In this document: one piece after another, positions 36,949 through 44,648 of the stretch
How positions within the stretch are numbered: the first letter of the stretch is position 1
Layout of the letters: each line of letters starts with the position of its first letter
From: Acidobacteriota bacterium
GTDB lineage: Bacteria > Acidobacteriota > CAIWXX01
DNA: 44,648 nt
Assembly (NCBI GenBank): GCA_040755995.1
Contig: JBFMAF010000039.1
Coordinates: forward strand, 1 to 44,648
Direction of reading: 5' to 3'
Notes under the pieces: model-generated
What the model saw: only the letters and a program-made list of their open reading frames with translations
Told to the model about the DNA's origin: nothing
Database searches by the model: none
Translations under genes and position numbers: made by a program

Positions 36949-37356
36949 CTAGGTCGCCGGCGTGCTCGCTGCTCCTGCCGCCTCCAACAACCTCGTCACC
37001 TTCGAGAGTAATTCCTCGGGATTGAAAGGCTTGATGATATAGTCGTCGGCTCCGTGACCTTTGCCTTCGATCTTGTACTTCGTCTGAGTGTAGACAGCGG
37101 TCATCAGGATGACGGGTATCGAGCTCTTCTCCTTGATCCGGTGACAGATCTCGAACCCGTGGACCTTCGGGAGAAGGAGGTCCGTGATGACGATGTCGGG
37201 CTTTTCCTCATCGTACTTCTGAATGGCCATCTGCCCGTCGCCCGCTGTGACGACGTCGAATCCCTCCGACTCGAGGAACGCCTTCAGCATCTTGCAGATC
37301 TTGACCTCGTCGTCGACAACCAAGATCTTCCTTCTTGGGGCACCCTGATTATCCAC
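36949..37356 (-). CDS. Single-domain response regulator
   Basis: VVDDE, TDLLLP, LMTA, IKPF; GGAGG RBS. Confidence 0.92.
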   Translation of the reverse strand: MDNQGAPRRKILVVDDEVKICKMLKAFLESEGFDVVTAGDGQMAIQKYDEEKPDIVITDLLLPKVHGFEICHRIKEKSSIPVILMTAVYTQTKYKIEGKGHGADDYIIKPFNPEELLSKVTRLLEAAGAASTPAT

Positions 37357-37382
37357 TATCCCCTCCGCTGTCGAATACCGTA

Positions 37383-37411
37383 ATTATCCGCCTGCCATTC
37401 CACCTTGTCAA
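37383..37411 (-). promoter_or_regulatory. Promoter of the signalling operon
   Basis: Minus strand TTGACA-17nt-GATAAT. Confidence 0.65.
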
Positions 37412-37427
37412 CAAACCCGCCCCGCTT

Positions 37428-37913
37428 TCATTCGGGCTCGATCCGGACCGCCGACCACGCCACATCCCCGCTGCCTTCTCCACGAGCCTCGAAGAAGAGT
37501 CGCGCCGAGCCCGGTGGAATGCCGCCCAGCGGTATCCGCATTGACTGCCATGATCCGGATGCGATCGACTCTGGAGCCTGCAATAGCGTGGCCGACCTCT
37601 TCTCGCCGGGGCCGGCGAGCACCCGCAGGCGCACATCCCGGTCCGTGAGGTTGCACAACGCAAAGGATAGAACCACCGAAGCGCGCGGGATATCGATCTT
37701 GAACGAGAAATTGCAGGGCAGCTTCATGCGGAAACCCTCCCGGCTAGTCCCGCCACAGTCGACGCGAACGAGCTGATAGGACTTCGGCACGTAAGGCGGA
37801 TGCGCGCGCAGCCGTGCGACCATATCCTGCTCGCTCCCAAACCGATTCGCGAGAAACAACACGGCCGCGAGGACCACCGTCACACCGACGATCAATCCCA
37901 GGCGACTAGACAT
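37428..37913 (-). CDS. Hypothetical membrane-anchored protein
   Basis: N-terminal hydrophobic segment LGLIVGVTVVLAAVLFLA followed by a beta-rich-looking domain; fills an otherwise empty gap. Confidence 0.55.
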   Translation of the reverse strand: MSSRLGLIVGVTVVLAAVLFLANRFGSEQDMVARLRAHPPYVPKSYQLVRVDCGGTSREGFRMKLPCNFSFKIDIPRASVVLSFALCNLTDRDVRLRVLAGPGEKRSATLLQAPESIASGSWQSMRIPLGGIPPGSARLFFEARGEGSGDVAWSAVRIEPE

Positions 37914-38270
37914 CTCCCAATTGTTGACCGGCCGGGCGGCCCTTGGCAAGGCAAAACGGTATGTACCTCCGGGTCATGTTCGCACCGCTTCTGAAGCACG
38001 TGGAAGAAAGGGGGGGTCCAGGGGGGATTCTTTCGAAAAACCACAACATCCGCCTTGCGATGCCTTAGAAGATATCAAAAGGCCAAGTGCAAAATGACCT
38101 ATCCTTCTCGGGTACGCGAACGGCTACGGGCGCGGTCCCTGGGCACGGCCCTGGGGGCACGTACACGCACCTATCCCGCGCGGGACGCGGCGCCGCCACC
38201 GGAACTGCTACGAACCGGCAGACTGCGAAATGATTGACGATGGAGTTGGAGGCGGGTAGAGTCTGGCGGG

Positions 38271-39140
38271 ATGAAGGGACGGGAGCTCGCCGCCTACGCA
38301 GCTCTCTGCATGATCTGGTCGACGACGTGGGTGGCGATACGGATCGGGGTACGCTACCTGCCGCCGTTCGGCTTCGCGGCGGCCCGCTTCCTCATTGCAT
38401 CTGCCCTGCTAGGCGCCATCCTCCTCTGGCGCCCTCCGCGATCGAGCTCGGACTCCATACCATGGGCCAGTGTTGTCCTCACGGGCGTTCTGCAGTTTGG
38501 CGTGAGCTACGGGTTGGTGTTCTGGGGCGAGCAGTACGTGGCCGCCGGGTTCGCCTCGATTATCTTCGCCAGCATCCCCTTGTTCATAGCGCTCATCGCG
38601 CGCGTGATGCTGGGCGAGCGGCTCTATCTCCCGAAGGTGATCGGAATCCTCGTGGGTTTCTCGGGAATTCTGCTGCTCTTCTTACGTGACATCGGGGACA
38701 ATCCGGGCGACGTCTGGGCCGGGGTTGGGCTCGTCGCAGGCGCCATCGCGTCATCATTCGCCAACGTGCTGATCCAACGCGACCAGCGCGACCTCGATCA
38801 GACCTTCAACGCCGCCTTCCAGATGATCCTCGGCACCGTCTGCCTCTTCGGCATGAGCGCAATCGCAGAACCGGGGGCGCATTATCGATGGACCCCGGCG
38901 TCGATCGCATCGCTGTTGTTTCTGGCGCTGTTCGGCTCCACCATCGCATTCCTTCTCTATTACTGGCTTCTTCATCGAACGACGGCCATGCGCGCCTCAA
39001 CGATCGCATTCGTCGCCCCGCTGCTCACCGTGATCCAGGGCCACGTGTTCCTCGGCGAGGTTCTCGGCTGGAACCATCTGATCGGGGGCGTGCTGATCCT
39101 GGTAGGAAGCGCGATGGTGATACGGCAGAGGAGTCGATAG
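38271..39140 (+). CDS. EamA/DMT-family transporter
   Basis: IWSTTWVAIR, PPFGFAAARF, LGE motifs, about 10 hydrophobic segments. Confidence 0.92.
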   Translation: MKGRELAAYAALCMIWSTTWVAIRIGVRYLPPFGFAAARFLIASALLGAILLWRPPRSSSDSIPWASVVLTGVLQFGVSYGLVFWGEQYVAAGFASIIFASIPLFIALIARVMLGERLYLPKVIGILVGFSGILLLFLRDIGDNPGDVWAGVGLVAGAIASSFANVLIQRDQRDLDQTFNAAFQMILGTVCLFGMSAIAEPGAHYRWTPASIASLLFLALFGSTIAFLLYYWLLHRTTAMRASTIAFVAPLLTVIQGHVFLGEVLGWNHLIGGVLILVGSAMVIRQRSR

Positions 39141-39154
39141 GGCGAGGCGGCTGA

Positions 39155-40243
39155 GTGACGGGTCAAGGGATCGCGAAGCGGGGAGCGGCCCCCAGGCTCG
39201 CCCGGCTGATCGCCAGATCCGGCGGTCTGATACCGTTCGAGCGATTCATGCGCGAAGCTCTCTATGGGCCCTTTGGATACTACCGGAAGGAGCGGCGGGT
39301 CGGTGCCGATTACCATACGGCGCCACGCATTTCGCCGCTCTTCGGCCGGCTGCTCGCGCGGGCGGTCGGGCGGCTCGGCGATGAGATTACTACAATCGTA
39401 GAGCTCGGCGCACACACGGGGCTGCTCGCCGGCGATATGCTTCCCTCGCTTCCGCAGCGAATGCGCTACGTGGCGATTGAGGCAGGTGAAGCGCCGCGGG
39501 AGGCCGCTGCCGCCGGGCTGGCGGCCTACGGCCCACGGGTGGAGGTGCTGGATCGGCTTCCTCGCCGGAATCTCGGCGCGTGTGTCGTGATCGCCAACGA
39601 ATTCTTCGACGCGCTCCCGTGTCACCGCATCGTGCAGACCGCGGGCGGGCTGCAGGAGATGCACGTGGGGGTCGACGGCGCGCGTTTCGTCGAGCGAAGA
39701 GGGGCCGTGACGGACACGCGGATCGTGCGCTACCTGGCGCAGGAGAAAATCCGGCTGAGGCGCTGGCAGCAGGCCGAGGTCTGCCTCGATATCGAGCGCA
39801 TCTACGGTTCGCTCCGGCGCGCGTGCCCGCGCGGTGTCGTCATCGTGATCGATTACGGGTATTCGGCCGGCGAGCTATACGCCTGGAGCCGCCGGCGAGG
39901 GACGCTGAGGACGTACGCGCAGCAGCGTGATGCCGGCGATCCCCTCGAGCGGCCCGGCGAGAAGGACATCACCTACCACGTGGATCTGACTCGGATCAGG
40001 GCGGCGGCAGAGCGGTTCGGGTTCCGGACGGTGCATGAGCGGTCGCTGGCGGAGTTCCTGATCGGGCTGGGCGCGCTGGATCTGATGCGCACGGCTTCGA
40101 TGGAAGAACGCCTGAGCCTGAAGACGCTTGTCGTGCCCGGGCAGATGGGGGAGCGGTTCACGGTGCTGGTCCAGACGCGCGGGATCGCGATCAGAGACGA
40201 CGTTTTTCCGGCGATACAGGCGATAGCGGAGGCAATGCGATGA
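39155..40243 (+). CDS. NDUFAF7/MidA-family SAM-dependent methyltransferase
   Basis: FERFMREALY..GYY, DYHTAP.ISPLFG, VELGA..G, ANEFFDALP, IDYG, PGEKDITYHVD. Confidence 0.92.
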   Translation: MTGQGIAKRGAAPRLARLIARSGGLIPFERFMREALYGPFGYYRKERRVGADYHTAPRISPLFGRLLARAVGRLGDEITTIVELGAHTGLLAGDMLPSLPQRMRYVAIEAGEAPREAAAAGLAAYGPRVEVLDRLPRRNLGACVVIANEFFDALPCHRIVQTAGGLQEMHVGVDGARFVERRGAVTDTRIVRYLAQEKIRLRRWQQAEVCLDIERIYGSLRRACPRGVVIVIDYGYSAGELYAWSRRRGTLRTYAQQRDAGDPLERPGEKDITYHVDLTRIRAAAERFGFRTVHERSLAEFLIGLGALDLMRTASMEERLSLKTLVVPGQMGERFTVLVQTRGIAIRDDVFPAIQAIAEAMR

Positions 40244-40695
40244 AACAGATGCCGGCAGTTCATATCTTCACCGATGGGGCATGTATGGGCAATCCCGGGC
40301 CCGGAGGATGGGCCGCGATTCTTCGCGATCCTCTATCGGGCAAGGAGTCTCGGATCTCCGGTGCCGAGAAGAGGACCACGAACAACCGCATGGAGATGAT
40401 GGCGGTGATCAAGGCGCTGGAGATTCTGAAGATGCCTTGCCGCGTCACGCTGACCACCGATTCACAGTACGTCTCGAAGGGGCTATCCGAATGGCTGGAC
40501 GGCTGGCGTCGCCGCGGGTGGCGCACGGCCGGAGGCGGCGCGGTGAAGAATCTCGATCTGTGGCAGCGGCTGGACGGGCTCAGGGAGGTGCACAAGCTCA
40601 GGTGCGTGTGGGTTCCGGGTCACCGGGGCCACCCGGAGAACGAAGAATGCGACCGCCTCGCGACCGCGGCGATTGAGCGGCTGGCAGCGCCATAG
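40240..40695 (+). CDS. rnhA: Ribonuclease HI
   Basis: FTDGAC.GNPGPGGW, TTNNRME, TDSQYV, VKNLDLW, WVPGH.GHPENEECD. Confidence 0.97.
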   Translation: MKQMPAVHIFTDGACMGNPGPGGWAAILRDPLSGKESRISGAEKRTTNNRMEMMAVIKALEILKMPCRVTLTTDSQYVSKGLSEWLDGWRRRGWRTAGGGAVKNLDLWQRLDGLREVHKLRCVWVPGHRGHPENEECDRLATAAIERLAAP

Positions 40696-40815
40696 AATCT
40701 GCCTGGCGCCTCCGGGCTCATGGGATCGAGGCGAAGAAGAACATGTCGCGATCGAGCCAGGCTCTCGGAGTGGCCCGTCATCGCGACCGGTGCAGCTGCG
40801 CGCTCTCTGCGCTCT

Positions 40816-40876
40816 GCGCGAGGCGCGCCCGGAGCGGCCCAGCGTGCTTCATCGGTCCACGGCAGCGCCTCGCTAG
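40816..40876 (-). repeat. 61-bp CTAG-anchored hairpin element, copy 3 (reverse orientation)
   Basis: Reverse complement reads CTAGCGAGGCGCTGCCGTGGACCGATGAAGCACGCTGGGCCGCTCCGGGCGCGCCTCGCGC; same length and motifs as the other copies. Confidence 0.8.
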
Positions 40877-42186
40877 AGCTTCACGCGGTAGAACGCGTCG
40901 CCCACCTGGACCATCAGCAAGGCGCTCTGGTGCTTCCGCACGCGTGACATCGCATTGGTAAAATCCTGTGCGTTGTCGATGCGGGAGCCATTGATCTCAC
41001 GCAGGACGATGCCTCTTCGGATTCCGATCCTGGCGGCGCGTGAACGCGGGTCCACGGCCGTCACGACCATGCCGTCGTAGCTCCGGAGCCCGTAGCGAGA
41101 GGCGTTGGACTGCCCGATCTCCTCGACGGTCAGGCCGTAGTACTCACGGCACAGTGCGATTGCGGCTTCGAGGGTGAAATCCGAGGCCTTCATGCTGAAT
41201 CGGATGGAACTGGCCTGCCGCTCGACACCCAGCGTCACCGGATCGCCCACTCCGACCCTGGCCATGGCGGTCTCGTAGTCGTCGATGTCTTTGACGGCCA
41301 CACCGTTGATGGACCTGATCCTGTCTCCCTGGCGAAGGCCCGCCGTGGCGGCAGGACTCGCCGCGACCACCTCCACGGCCTCCACACCCACCGCGGCCCC
41401 GGACTCGTCGCGCACGCTGTCGGCCTGCAGGCCGATCCAGGCCCGATGGACGCTCCCGTACGAGATCAGGTCCCGGACGATACGTCTGGCCCGGTCGATC
41501 GGGATCGCGAAACCTATGCCCTGGGCGTTCTCATAGATCGCAGTGTTGATGCCGATCAGATCGCCGTTGATGTTCAGAAGGGGCCCGCCGGAATTGCCCG
41601 GGTTGATCGACGCATCGGTCTGTATGAAGTCATGCAGCAGCTGGTCGTCTGTGCGAATGGATCGGTTGAGGGCTGAGACGATCCCGGTGGTGACGGTGTG
41701 CGAGAGTCCGAAGGGGTTGCCGATCGCGATCACCGTCTCGCCTATCATGAGGTCCGCGGAGACGCCCATCTTGACAGCCGGCAATGCGCCGCCTCCCTGG
41801 ATCCGCAGCACCGCCAGATCCGACTCGGGATCCGAGCCCACGACCTCCGCCTGGAACTCCCGCTTGTCCGCAAGCGTGACCTTGATCTTCGACCCGCGCA
41901 GGATCACATGTTCGTTCGTAAGCACGTAGCCGCGCTCGTCTATGATCACGCCCGATCCGAGGCTTGTCTGCTTGTAGTCCGGCTGCATGCCGTAGAAGTC
42001 CCTGAAGAACTGCGAGAAGAAAGAATCATCCGTGACGTACGGATTGGCGCGCTGCTCGGAGGAGATATTGACGACGGCCGGAGCGACCCGCTGAACGGCC
42101 AGCACCACCGGTGTCTTGCGCAGGTCCTGGCCGGAGACGGTTGTGGCAAGCAGGGCGAGGGTCCAGAACGGCATCCGGCACATCAA
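40873..42186 (-). CDS. htrA: HtrA/DegP-family serine protease with two PDZ domains
   Basis: SLGSGVI, TNEHV, DLAVL, IQTDASINPGNSGGPL; signal peptide; TATAAT just upstream suggests a leaderless start. Confidence 0.93.
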   Translation of the reverse strand: MMCRMPFWTLALLATTVSGQDLRKTPVVLAVQRVAPAVVNISSEQRANPYVTDDSFFSQFFRDFYGMQPDYKQTSLGSGVIIDERGYVLTNEHVILRGSKIKVTLADKREFQAEVVGSDPESDLAVLRIQGGGALPAVKMGVSADLMIGETVIAIGNPFGLSHTVTTGIVSALNRSIRTDDQLLHDFIQTDASINPGNSGGPLLNINGDLIGINTAIYENAQGIGFAIPIDRARRIVRDLISYGSVHRAWIGLQADSVRDESGAAVGVEAVEVVAASPAATAGLRQGDRIRSINGVAVKDIDDYETAMARVGVGDPVTLGVERQASSIRFSMKASDFTLEAAIALCREYYGLTVEEIGQSNASRYGLRSYDGMVVTAVDPRSRAARIGIRRGIVLREINGSRIDNAQDFTNAMSRVRKHQSALLMVQVGDAFYRVKL

Positions 42187-42303
42187 GTTTGATTATACTG
42201 CGCGACATACGTCGCGCGGTATGCGCGTGGGGTTCCGGGGGCTCGCGGGCGGGCTTGAGGGGAACGGGTCCGAGCGAGCAGAACGAACAATGAAGCGGGG
42301 CCG

Positions 42304-43281
42304 CTAGAGCCCGTACCTGGCGACCTCGTCGCGAGTGAGCCGCCGCAGCTCCTTCATCTCGCCGGTGCGCTCCTTGCGCAACCTGTCCGCGATGCGGATT
42401 TCCTGCTGCCGCCGGATGATCTCACGCCTGACGGGGCGGCGTTCGGGAACTCTGTGTACGCCCAACATCCCGGAAAGCACTCCGTGGGCCCAGGCGAGAC
42501 GGCGGCGCCGGCCGATCAACGCCTGCTCGCCGCTCTGTACCAGGTATCGCAGCCCCTCGACGAACATGCTACGAACCGGGTAGTTGCGGTAGAGATACCA
42601 GAAGTAGTTGCGGGTGGCGAGGAAGGAATACAGGTCGGAGGAACGTTCGACGGGTGAATGGCAGTGAATGACCGAAACATGCGGGAAGAAGCGGACAGCC
42701 CAGCCGCAGTCCAGCAACCGCACGGTCAGATCGACCTCGCCGTGGTACAAGAAGAACTCCTCGCAGAACATGTCGGCCTCCAGCACAGCCGACCTCCTGA
42801 AGCCCGCGCCCCCGCCGTCGAAGGCGCTCGTCTCATACCCGCCTCTGGCATCGCCTTCCGCGATATGTTTTGGGGAGTTGCCGGAAAGCCGCAGGGAGAC
42901 GCCGGTCCGGTCGCGCACAACGTCCCATACGCGACACGCTGCGGCGCCCAACTGCGAGTCGTTGGTGAAGTAGCTGTACACACGGGCCAGAAGATCGTCT
43001 TCGACCAGCACCATGTCGTTGTCGAGGAAGAACAGGATGTCCGCGCGCGCCGCGCAGATGCCCGCGTTGTGGGCCCGCATGCCCGTGTTGGCTCCCATCG
43101 GAAGCACGCGCACGGCGGGAAATTCGTCCTGAAGCATCTGCGGAGTGCCGTCGGTACTGCCGTTGTCCGCCACGATCACCTCGAACGCAACCCCCGTTTG
43201 CCGCATCACGCTTCGCAGCGCCCGCCGCAGATCGTCCTGACGGTTGAATGTGACCGTGATGACCGAAATGTCCATTTCCAC
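42304..43281 (-). CDS. GT2-family glycosyltransferase
   Basis: ISVITVTFN, VADNGSTDGT, FLDND, FFLYHGEVDL; start uncertain (GTG 43281 lies 7 nt after TATAAT, or ATG 43275). Confidence 0.9.
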   Translation of the reverse strand: MEMDISVITVTFNRQDDLRRALRSVMRQTGVAFEVIVADNGSTDGTPQMLQDEFPAVRVLPMGANTGMRAHNAGICAARADILFFLDNDMVLVEDDLLARVYSYFTNDSQLGAAACRVWDVVRDRTGVSLRLSGNSPKHIAEGDARGGYETSAFDGGGAGFRRSAVLEADMFCEEFFLYHGEVDLTVRLLDCGWAVRFFPHVSVIHCHSPVERSSDLYSFLATRNYFWYLYRNYPVRSMFVEGLRYLVQSGEQALIGRRRRLAWAHGVLSGMLGVHRVPERRPVRREIIRRQQEIRIADRLRKERTGEMKELRRLTRDEVARYGL

Positions 43282-43349
43282 GGGAGCCATTATACAGGCT
43301 GGCGCTTCACGGCGCGCCGGCGATCTCGCGGCGCTCCGCATCCACGCCG

Positions 43350-44330
43350 TCATTCGCGCGGCGCTGCCCCCATCTGCTCACGGTAGCTGCCCGTGCTGTA
43401 AAACCATGCCCCGGGGAGAGTCGACAGGAGCGTCAGAGCGCGGAACAGCAACGCGATGGCGATGCTCAACTGGGTGTCCAGGCCCGCCAGCGTGAACAGG
43501 TAGGCATAGGCACCCTCCTGGACGCCCAGTCCTCCCAGGGAGATCGGGATCATGACCAGCACCGAAACGACCGGGACGATGAGGAAGAGGTACACAAGCG
43601 AGAGCTCAGCGCCGAGCGATCGCGCAACGAACCAGATGACCAGCACGGCCAGCGACTGATTGACCAGCGAGATGAGGAGCACGCTCAAGAGCGTTCCCCT
43701 CCGGCTCTTGTAGCTCTCGCAGGACTCATAGAACTTGAGGAAGTGCTCCCACAGGCGCGCGGCGAGCCCTCCGCGCCCGGACGAGCTTCTCCTCAAAGGC
43801 GGAAACGGATAGAGAGCCGCGCCCAGGGCCAGTGCAGCCAACACCGCAAGCGCCTGCCACGGCACGTTCAGTTTCAGCGTAGGGTTCGGTGCCACGGTCA
43901 GCGCGAGAAGCGCGAAGAGGGCCATCAGGAGCAATGAGTACAGGCCGATGACCCTGTCGATTATGACCGAGGAGAGCACATCATGGGATTTCGCGCCGTT
44001 TCTCGATGCCACCCACACACGGACGAAGTCCGGCGCGATGCTCGACGGCAGAAAGGTCCCGAGGAAGCCGCTGAGGAAGTAGACCTTCACCAGGCCGCCG
44101 AATGGGATGCGGATCCGCTTGGCAACGAGGAGGAGCTCCCAGCGGTACGAGACGACGTATCGCTCCGCAAGCAGCCCGGCGAGGGCGGCAAGCACCAGGT
44201 GCCAGCGCATCGTCGGCAGAAGGTGCTCGAACTGGTCCAGGTCGACTCGAGTCACGATGAACGCTATGACTGCGGCGCTCACGAGCAGCCGCAGGACGAG
44301 CATCCAGCGCCGTCTCGCGTGGTCTGTCAT
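43350..44330 (-). CDS. UPF0104 / lysylphosphatidylglycerol synthase TM-domain (flippase-like) protein
   Basis: YRWELLL, FLPSSIAPD, IIDRVIG, IPISLGGLGVQEG, multiple TM segments. Confidence 0.88.
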   Translation of the reverse strand: MTDHARRRWMLVLRLLVSAAVIAFIVTRVDLDQFEHLLPTMRWHLVLAALAGLLAERYVVSYRWELLLVAKRIRIPFGGLVKVYFLSGFLGTFLPSSIAPDFVRVWVASRNGAKSHDVLSSVIIDRVIGLYSLLLMALFALLALTVAPNPTLKLNVPWQALAVLAALALGAALYPFPPLRRSSSGRGGLAARLWEHFLKFYESCESYKSRRGTLLSVLLISLVNQSLAVLVIWFVARSLGAELSLVYLFLIVPVVSVLVMIPISLGGLGVQEGAYAYLFTLAGLDTQLSIAIALLFRALTLLSTLPGAWFYSTGSYREQMGAAPRE

Positions 44331-44520
44331 GCGTCGCCCCTCGACTCGATGTGAGCGGGCGACCCAGGATCCGGCGGCACCGCTCCTGCATTCGTGGACG
44401 CGAACGGATCTCTTCCGTCTTCGTCCACGTTCACGTCTACGACCACGACTGGCGAACGGCTGGGCAGAGGATGCATCGCGCCGGAGGACCCGAGAGACGG
44501 CGCCTGCACCACCACTCTGC

Positions 44521-44581
44521 CTAGCGAGGCGGGGCCTCAGACCGATGAACCATGCCAGGCCGCTTTGGCCCCGCCTCGCGT
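44521..44581 (+). repeat. 61-bp CTAG-anchored hairpin element, copy 2
   Basis: 53/61 identical to 30078-30138. Confidence 0.85.
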
Positions 44582-44648
44582 CGAGAGTCTACAGTCGAGA
44601 GTTGGGAGTGACTACCGTGGGAATTCAGAGCGAATGACGCGACGTGGC

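Noticed and set aside
38000..38230. G-rich tract GGGGGGGTCCAGGGGGG and AT-richer divergent intergenic region as an ncRNA, IS end or NrdR box
   Set aside because: No convincing structure, second copy or full consensus match

Overview
High-GC bacterial chromosomal window with three parts. (1) About 100-13800, minus strand: a defence-type accessory island. It holds an SNF2 helicase with a DUF3883-type C-terminal nuclease, a DUF1016/YhcG nuclease, an RloC-like ABC ATPase, an AlbA_2-HATPase-wHTH protein followed by three orphan alternative C-termini, a 792-aa putative PD-(D/E)XK nuclease and a truncated UvrD. (2) About 13900-26600, minus strand: the Wood-Ljungdahl carbonyl-branch operon, running core methionine synthase, 2x cooC, cooS, CooF-FAD oxidoreductase fusion, acsB, acsD, acsC. 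It is followed by an AAA_14/DUF4143 ATPase and an acsV'::'acsC chimera. (3) 26800-44648: tRNA-Leu(CAG), a VPS10/BNR protein, a CoA-transferase, a MazF-type toxin-antitoxin pair, rfbC, a signalling operon with an MglA GTPase-GAF-histidine kinase fusion, EamA, an NDUFAF7-like methyltransferase, rnhA, HtrA, GT2 and a UPF0104 membrane protein. The most striking unexplained structure is a recurring architecture in which a diverged copy of a gene's 3' end is fused just after a start codon. It occurs three times behind the AlbA_2 gene, once for the helicase and once for acsC, which suggests cassette accretion or C-terminal swapping. A 61-bp CTAG-anchored hairpin element occurs three times. All family assignments come from motif recognition by eye; no database searches were run.
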